NCBI GenBank assembly: GCA_965247115.1
Contig: CBDFGR010000003.1
Location: forward strand, 928,001 to 992,000
Direction: 5' to 3'
Source of the DNA: Myxococcota bacterium
GTDB lineage: Bacteria; Myxococcota_A; UBA9160; SZUA-336
Length of the DNA stretch: 64,000 nucleotides
The notes under the pieces are model-generated. The model ran no database searches. It was given only the letters and a program-made list of their open reading frames with translations, and had not been told where the DNA came from. This document shows, one piece after another, positions 59,183 to 64,000 of the stretch (positions are counted from its first letter, which is position 1; each line of letters begins with the position of its first letter). Position numbers and translations under genes: made by a program.

Positions 59183-59830
59183 GTGAAGCGAAGCTGGATT
59201 CCTGTGATTGTCGCGGGGATGTTCTTTGGGCTGGCGCTCCGAAGTACTGCATCCGATGGTCAGTCGTGGTTCGAAGACGCGCTCACAATCAACGTTGGGA
59301 ATACGTGGCAGCTCAAAGCCACGCACGAACTGCGTTTTGGTAAGACCAGCTACGATGAGACGCTACTCCAGAACATCTCGGTAGGCCTGGTGCGGAAGCT
59401 CCCCTGGGACTTTTCGATCGGGATTCTCTACAAACGAGAGAAAGAACGAACACCGCAGGGGTCCCGTATTGAGGACCGCTACATCGCTGACGTCAGCTGG
59501 GCGACAGATGTTGCCAGGAGAGCGAGCTTCGATACACGGTTCCTGACGGAGGTGCGCACCTTCCGGCGCGGCGCCGCCAACGATGTAGTACGGTTCCGTC
59601 TACGAATGCGCATTCGCGCCCGCGCTCCAGTGGGCGTGCTGCGAATGAGGCCCTTTGTGTGGACCGAATTGTTCACCGGGCAAGACCAGCCGCTTCGGAA
59701 TCGCTTCTCTGCAGGTATCGTGTTCCATGTCACCCCTCACGTCGGCGTCGTGCTGAGCTACATCCGGCAGGACACGCGGGGGCGCGAGGCCCTCAACATC
59801 GCTAACACCGGAATTGAGCTGACGTTCTGA
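59183..59830 (+). CDS. Outer membrane beta-barrel (DUF2490-like)
   Basis: Signal peptide; RFRLRMRI, ELF, RNRF; C-terminal F. Confidence 0.65.
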   Translation: MKRSWIPVIVAGMFFGLALRSTASDGQSWFEDALTINVGNTWQLKATHELRFGKTSYDETLLQNISVGLVRKLPWDFSIGILYKREKERTPQGSRIEDRYIADVSWATDVARRASFDTRFLTEVRTFRRGAANDVVRFRLRMRIRARAPVGVLRMRPFVWTELFTGQDQPLRNRFSAGIVFHVTPHVGVVLSYIRQDTRGREALNIANTGIELTF

Positions 59831-59929
59831 GCGCCGGAACATAATTCTGGGTAGAGCGGGAGCGGTTAACCGGGCGCGCGGGCAAACCACGTTCCTTCGG
59901 AGCAGCGAGCTCGGGGCGGCGTTTGTCTC

Positions 59930-60100
59930 CTACACCGAAGCGGCGTGTAATTTCGGCCGCCGGTCCGCCCACGGCCGTACCTCTTCCAACTGAGCCGCCA
60001 CCCGGAGCAGAGTCGATTCATCGCCAAAGCGTCCCGCGAATTGTACCCCCACCGGCAGGCCATCCGCGGTCCAGTGCAGCGGTAGCGAAGTCACGGACCG
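59930..60100 (-). pseudogene. C-terminal remnant of amidase-signature amidase
   Basis: [40 protein letters not shown]. Confidence 0.75.
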
Positions 60101-60119
60101 CCTCCTCTCGGGATCCTGA

Positions 60120-61202
60120 TCATGCGCGGCCTCTCGACCCTTCCCCGAACTTCGCTTGCTCTGGAGCGGCTTCTTCGGCCAGCAGACGCACGGGAAGCGG
60201 GGAGCGCACATCCAGATGAACGTCCCGCTGCGGGAACGCTATCTCGATCTTGGCTTCGCGAAACAGATGATCGATGCGAAACCGGACATCACTTTCGACC
60301 AGTCTGCGATCCATCATATCGCGCATCTGCAGCCAGAAGTAGGCGCGGAAGTGGAGCGCGTTGTCGCCGAAGTCGGTGAACAGAACTTGCGACGGCGGCT
60401 TATCGAGGATGCGCCCGTGTTCCTGCAACACGCGCCGTACCAGCCGATCGACCTCGCGTGTCGGGGACCCATAGGCCACACCAACGTCGACCGATGTACG
60501 TATCATGTTGTCGGACAGGGTCCAGTTGATCACGTTCTTCTCTAGGAACGACGAGTTCGGCACCACGATGTGGATATTGTCGAAGGTCTTGATGCGCGTG
60601 CTGCGCGCCCCGATGCGCTCGATGCGGCCATAGGTCCCGTCGACGTCGACGATGTCTCCAACCTTGATCGGTCGCTCCGCCATGAGGATCAGGCCGCTGA
60701 TGAAGTTGTTCACCGCGTTCTGGCTACCAAATCCTACGCCGATCGCGATGGCTCCGCCGGCCACGGTAAAGGCCGTCAGCGGGACATTCGCGGTGCGCAG
60801 TGCGAAAAGCCCGAATAGCACCACGAGAAAGTAAAACGACAGAGTCTCGACCGCGCGAACCGCACCGGATTCGGCAGCGACGTGACGCGCTAGCAGGCGG
60901 CCTATCAGCGCGCTGAGTCGTTTGGCAGCCCACACACCGAGAGCGAAGATGATCAGCGCAGTGACCAGCACGCCCAGCGTCACGGGCTGTCCGCCGAGGG
61001 CGAGGAGCTGCGCGTTCCAGATCTCTCGCAGTTGGTCCCACACACCCGAGAGCGCTTTGCTGGCAGACGCACCGGCTGTCTGCGCCGAGACTGGCAGCGC
61101 GTGGGCTAACGCGCAGAGAAAGGCCGCGCTGGCCGCCACGGAAGACGCTCGATCGCGGGCAGGGGCTCGAAGGCAAACAAGGCGAGCAGCACGTCGCAGC
61201 AT
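60120..61202 (-). CDS. MscS family mechanosensitive channel
   Basis: [35 protein letters not shown]. Confidence 0.92.
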   Translation of the reverse strand: MLRRAARLVCLRAPARDRASSVAASAAFLCALAHALPVSAQTAGASASKALSGVWDQLREIWNAQLLALGGQPVTLGVLVTALIIFALGVWAAKRLSALIGRLLARHVAAESGAVRAVETLSFYFLVVLFGLFALRTANVPLTAFTVAGGAIAIGVGFGSQNAVNNFISGLILMAERPIKVGDIVDVDGTYGRIERIGARSTRIKTFDNIHIVVPNSSFLEKNVINWTLSDNMIRTSVDVGVAYGSPTREVDRLVRRVLQEHGRILDKPPSQVLFTDFGDNALHFRAYFWLQMRDMMDRRLVESDVRFRIDHLFREAKIEIAFPQRDVHLDVRSPLPVRLLAEEAAPEQAKFGEGSRGRA

Positions 61203-61457
61203 GAGGGGGGCTCCAAAAACTCGCATCCCCCCAAGTCTACGTCACTATATACGAACGGCAGCCGCCAATGTGATCGTCTCGGGCCGGATCGACAAGTTGC
61301 GTCAGGCGCCGAAGCTGATCCATCTGAAGTCTATCTGTGATGAAGCCGGCAATTGCGATGCCCCGGCTTCTGGGAGATAGGGTCAGGCCCGCGGCGATTC
61401 ACTTCTTCCTCACTCCTCGCACTTGCGGAGACTGGAAACAGCTCTCGCGGCTGCAAA

Positions 61458-62676
61458 CTAGCCCGGCGGGATGATGGGAAGGAGGACGTGGGCCGGTTGC
61501 TCAGGGCCAAAATGTAACACTAACTTGCCGGAGAAAATCTCGGGCGGACGGTTCCGGACATCGTCATGAAGAAAGGAACCACACCCCCGGAATACATTCT
61601 TAGTGGTCCCGAGGGTTCCACCGGTCTCGCCAGCGTACTCGTAATCCCGCCCCAGCACGCTCAGGGCAATCCGGTATTCAGCAGGTACGACAATACACGT
61701 CGGCCAAATCTCTACATCCAGATCGACGACTTCACCGCGCGTCAATGGTTGTCTCTCACCGTGGATGTGGTGGGGGCGGTATTCTTCCGTCAGCTTGGGA
61801 TCGAGCTTTCGGTGCGATGCTCGCAGCCAGCCTTGGCCGATCGGCGTGTGAGGATCGAGCTGGCCCTGAAAGACGACTTCTTCCCCGTCGGGGGCGAACA
61901 CTCGAAGCACGAGGAAGACGTCGGCGTCTTCTGTGGAGGAGGACAAAAACAGCTTGGCCGCACTGGGGCCGGTAATTTCCGTCTCTTCCTCAAGCGGCGA
62001 TGAAAGAAACGTCAACCCTTCGCCCATGGGGTCGTACTCAACGGATCCCTCGGCATTGACGGGATCTTGGCTCAAGTCTGAATCCGTTCGGATCAAGGTA
62101 GAACCGGGTCCATTGAGTCCGCGCAAGGGGCCACTCGTTTTCGAGGCGCTCAACGAAGGTATCGATCTTTCTGATCTGGAGCTGGACGCGCGGGTGGTCC
62201 GGCCATCCATTATCGAGACCTTTCAAGAAGTGGTCGAAGAAGCGTTTTTGGAGATTGCGGCCGTAGTCGGTGTAGAAGTGCGTCCAATGTTCGAGTCCAT
62301 GCATCTCGAGCCACTTTTGCTTGGAGGCGGCCCGGACGAAACACTCCACGTTCCCTCGCAGGTGCAGACCCTGCCCCCCCCCAGTTTCCTGCGGTGAGCA
62401 AAGGGGCGGTAACTTTCTCCCAAACAGGAGAACGGGCCTTGTGGTAGTCGTCATCGAAGGGGTGGGAGACGATGTCGCCTTCGATATTGCACCGGTTCTT
62501 GGCCAGTTCCTCTTCGGGGAGAGTCTCAGAGCCGGCCGCCCATTCACCGGTGACGGGACTTTTGCGTCCACGTTCGCCGACCCCGTGCTGGACCGTCTTG
62601 ACCTGCGTATCGGACCAATTGTCCCAGAAAGTCTGTCGAATCCCGCCGTGGTGCGTACTGTCACGGTACCAGTCCG
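61458..62676 (-). pseudogene. CocE/NonD family hydrolase, N-terminally truncated with two frameshifts
   Basis: DWYRDSTHHGGI...GNWGG / QGLHLRGN...WPLARTQW / ITGP...GWLRASHR spread over three ORFs; shifts at C9 run 62374-62382 and ~62075. Confidence 0.8.
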
Positions 62677-62691
62677 TCCGGCTGTGCAGCG

Positions 62692-62758
62692 CCACGATCA
62701 GCGCCGCATTGCCACCGCGCGAAGCCTGGGCATCACGCGCGAGGGCCTCTACAAGTAG
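62692..62758 (+). pseudogene. Fis-type HTH remnant
   Basis: HDQRRIATARSLGITREGLYK*. Confidence 0.5.
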
Positions 62759-62840
62759 AGACACACATTGTTACGTGATGGCGCAGACGGCGCTGGGAGC
62801 GGGGGCTCAGTGGTGCCGAAGCTGATAGCCTCCTAAGGCG

Positions 62841-63827
62841 ATGCGAGTCCTCGTCACAGGAAGCTCGGGGCACCTTGGCGAGGGCCTCGTGCGCACGCTT
62901 CGTAGCCTCGGCCGCGAGGTAGTAGGCGTTGACGTCCGAGATGGACCCTTCACGTCTCGAATCGGCTCCATTGCGGACCCGACGTTCGCAAGTGAGACGC
63001 TGCGGGGTGTCGATGCGGTGCTCCATGCGGCTACGCTCCACAAACCGCACGTGGTAACCCACTCCCGGCACGAGTTCGTGGAGACGAACGTAGTGGGCAC
63101 CTTGAACCTCCTAGAGGAAGCCGTCGCGGCTCAGGTGGGGTGCTTTGTCTACACCAGCACGACGAGTACCTTCGGCCGCGCGCTCATGCTGGATGCGGGA
63201 GCGCCAGCTGCCTGGATCACGGAGGACGTTTCGCCGCGACCGAAGAATATCTACGGAGCGACCAAGCTGGCTGCGGAGCACCTCTGCGAGATCGTCCACC
63301 GCGATCACGGGCTCTCCTGCATCGTGCTTCGCACCTCCCGTTTCTTCCCCGAGGAGGATGACCGCAAGGCAACCCGTGAGGCATACACAAACGACAATGT
63401 GAAGCCGAACGAGTACCTCTACCGTCGGGTCGATCTCCAAGACGCGGTCGCAGCGCATCTCGCGGCGCTGGAGCGAGCAGCCGAGATTGGCTTCGGTCGT
63501 TACATCATCAGCGCAACCACGCCGTTCACGAACGCGCATCTGCGGGACATTCGCACGGACGCTGCTGAAGTCGTCGCCCAGCTCTTTCCGGACTTCGAAG
63601 ACACCTACAGGCAGCTCGGTTGGCAGATGTTCCCGAGCATCGACCGGGTTTACGTGAATGCAAAGGCCCGCGAAGAGCTGGGGTGGCGGCCCAAGTTCGA
63701 CTTCGGAGAGGTTCTGCGGAGGCTGAGCCGAGACGAAGAGCTCCGCAGCAGCCTCGCCCGTGACGTCGGAACGAAGGGTTACCACGACCGGACCTTCCGC
63801 GATGGCCCCTACCCGGTGCGGGAGTAA
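62841..63827 (+). CDS. NAD-dependent epimerase/dehydratase
   Basis: VTGSSGHLG, YGATK. Confidence 0.9.
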   Translation: MRVLVTGSSGHLGEGLVRTLRSLGREVVGVDVRDGPFTSRIGSIADPTFASETLRGVDAVLHAATLHKPHVVTHSRHEFVETNVVGTLNLLEEAVAAQVGCFVYTSTTSTFGRALMLDAGAPAAWITEDVSPRPKNIYGATKLAAEHLCEIVHRDHGLSCIVLRTSRFFPEEDDRKATREAYTNDNVKPNEYLYRRVDLQDAVAAHLAALERAAEIGFGRYIISATTPFTNAHLRDIRTDAAEVVAQLFPDFEDTYRQLGWQMFPSIDRVYVNAKAREELGWRPKFDFGEVLRRLSRDEELRSSLARDVGTKGYHDRTFRDGPYPVRE

Positions 63828-64000
63828 TGCCTGTACAAGAAGCTCAAGCGCGCCCGGTCCACGCCCACGGAATCGAGCCCGTTGACCATCTCGATGACTC
63901 TGCGATCGAAGTCTCGCCCGACTACGGACGCGACGCTGATGGCCGGGGTCTCATACCACTTGACCGGACCTAGATCCGAGGTCGACGTGGTTCTAGCGGC

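Overview
High-GC bacterial chromosomal window (about 65% GC by eye), dominated by lipid/aromatic redox genes: acyl-CoA dehydrogenases, SDRs, luciferase-like monooxygenases, a P450, a xanthine-dehydrogenase-family operon and hydrolases. It carries two accessory islands. (1) 11033-26100: a 15-kb element integrated at tRNA-Arg(CCG) and bounded by a perfect 45-bp att repeat. It encodes an integrase, a small RHH-like protein, an excisionase, an AEP primase-helicase, a ThuA-type cargo gene, a putative TerS, TerL and an HK97-type major capsid protein, but no recognisable portal, protease, adaptor or tail. It is about 10.5 kb once insertions are removed, so it looks like a portal-less capsid+terminase phage satellite. 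Inside it is a 4.5-kb IS1595-family element (31-bp TIRs, 8-bp TSD) carrying a P63C protein and a DNA-methyltransferase-HNH fusion, and that fusion is split by an IS5-family element (CTAG TSD). (2) 43791-54389: a type I secretion operon with an embedded TPR-sulfotransferase and a frameshifted Ig-repeat adhesin. Also seen: an ECF sigma/ChrR/CHRD module with two TGATCC-N16/17-CGTA promoters, an EthD gene whose 5' 234 bp are inverted, and several gene remnants. All family assignments come from motif recognition, not database searches.
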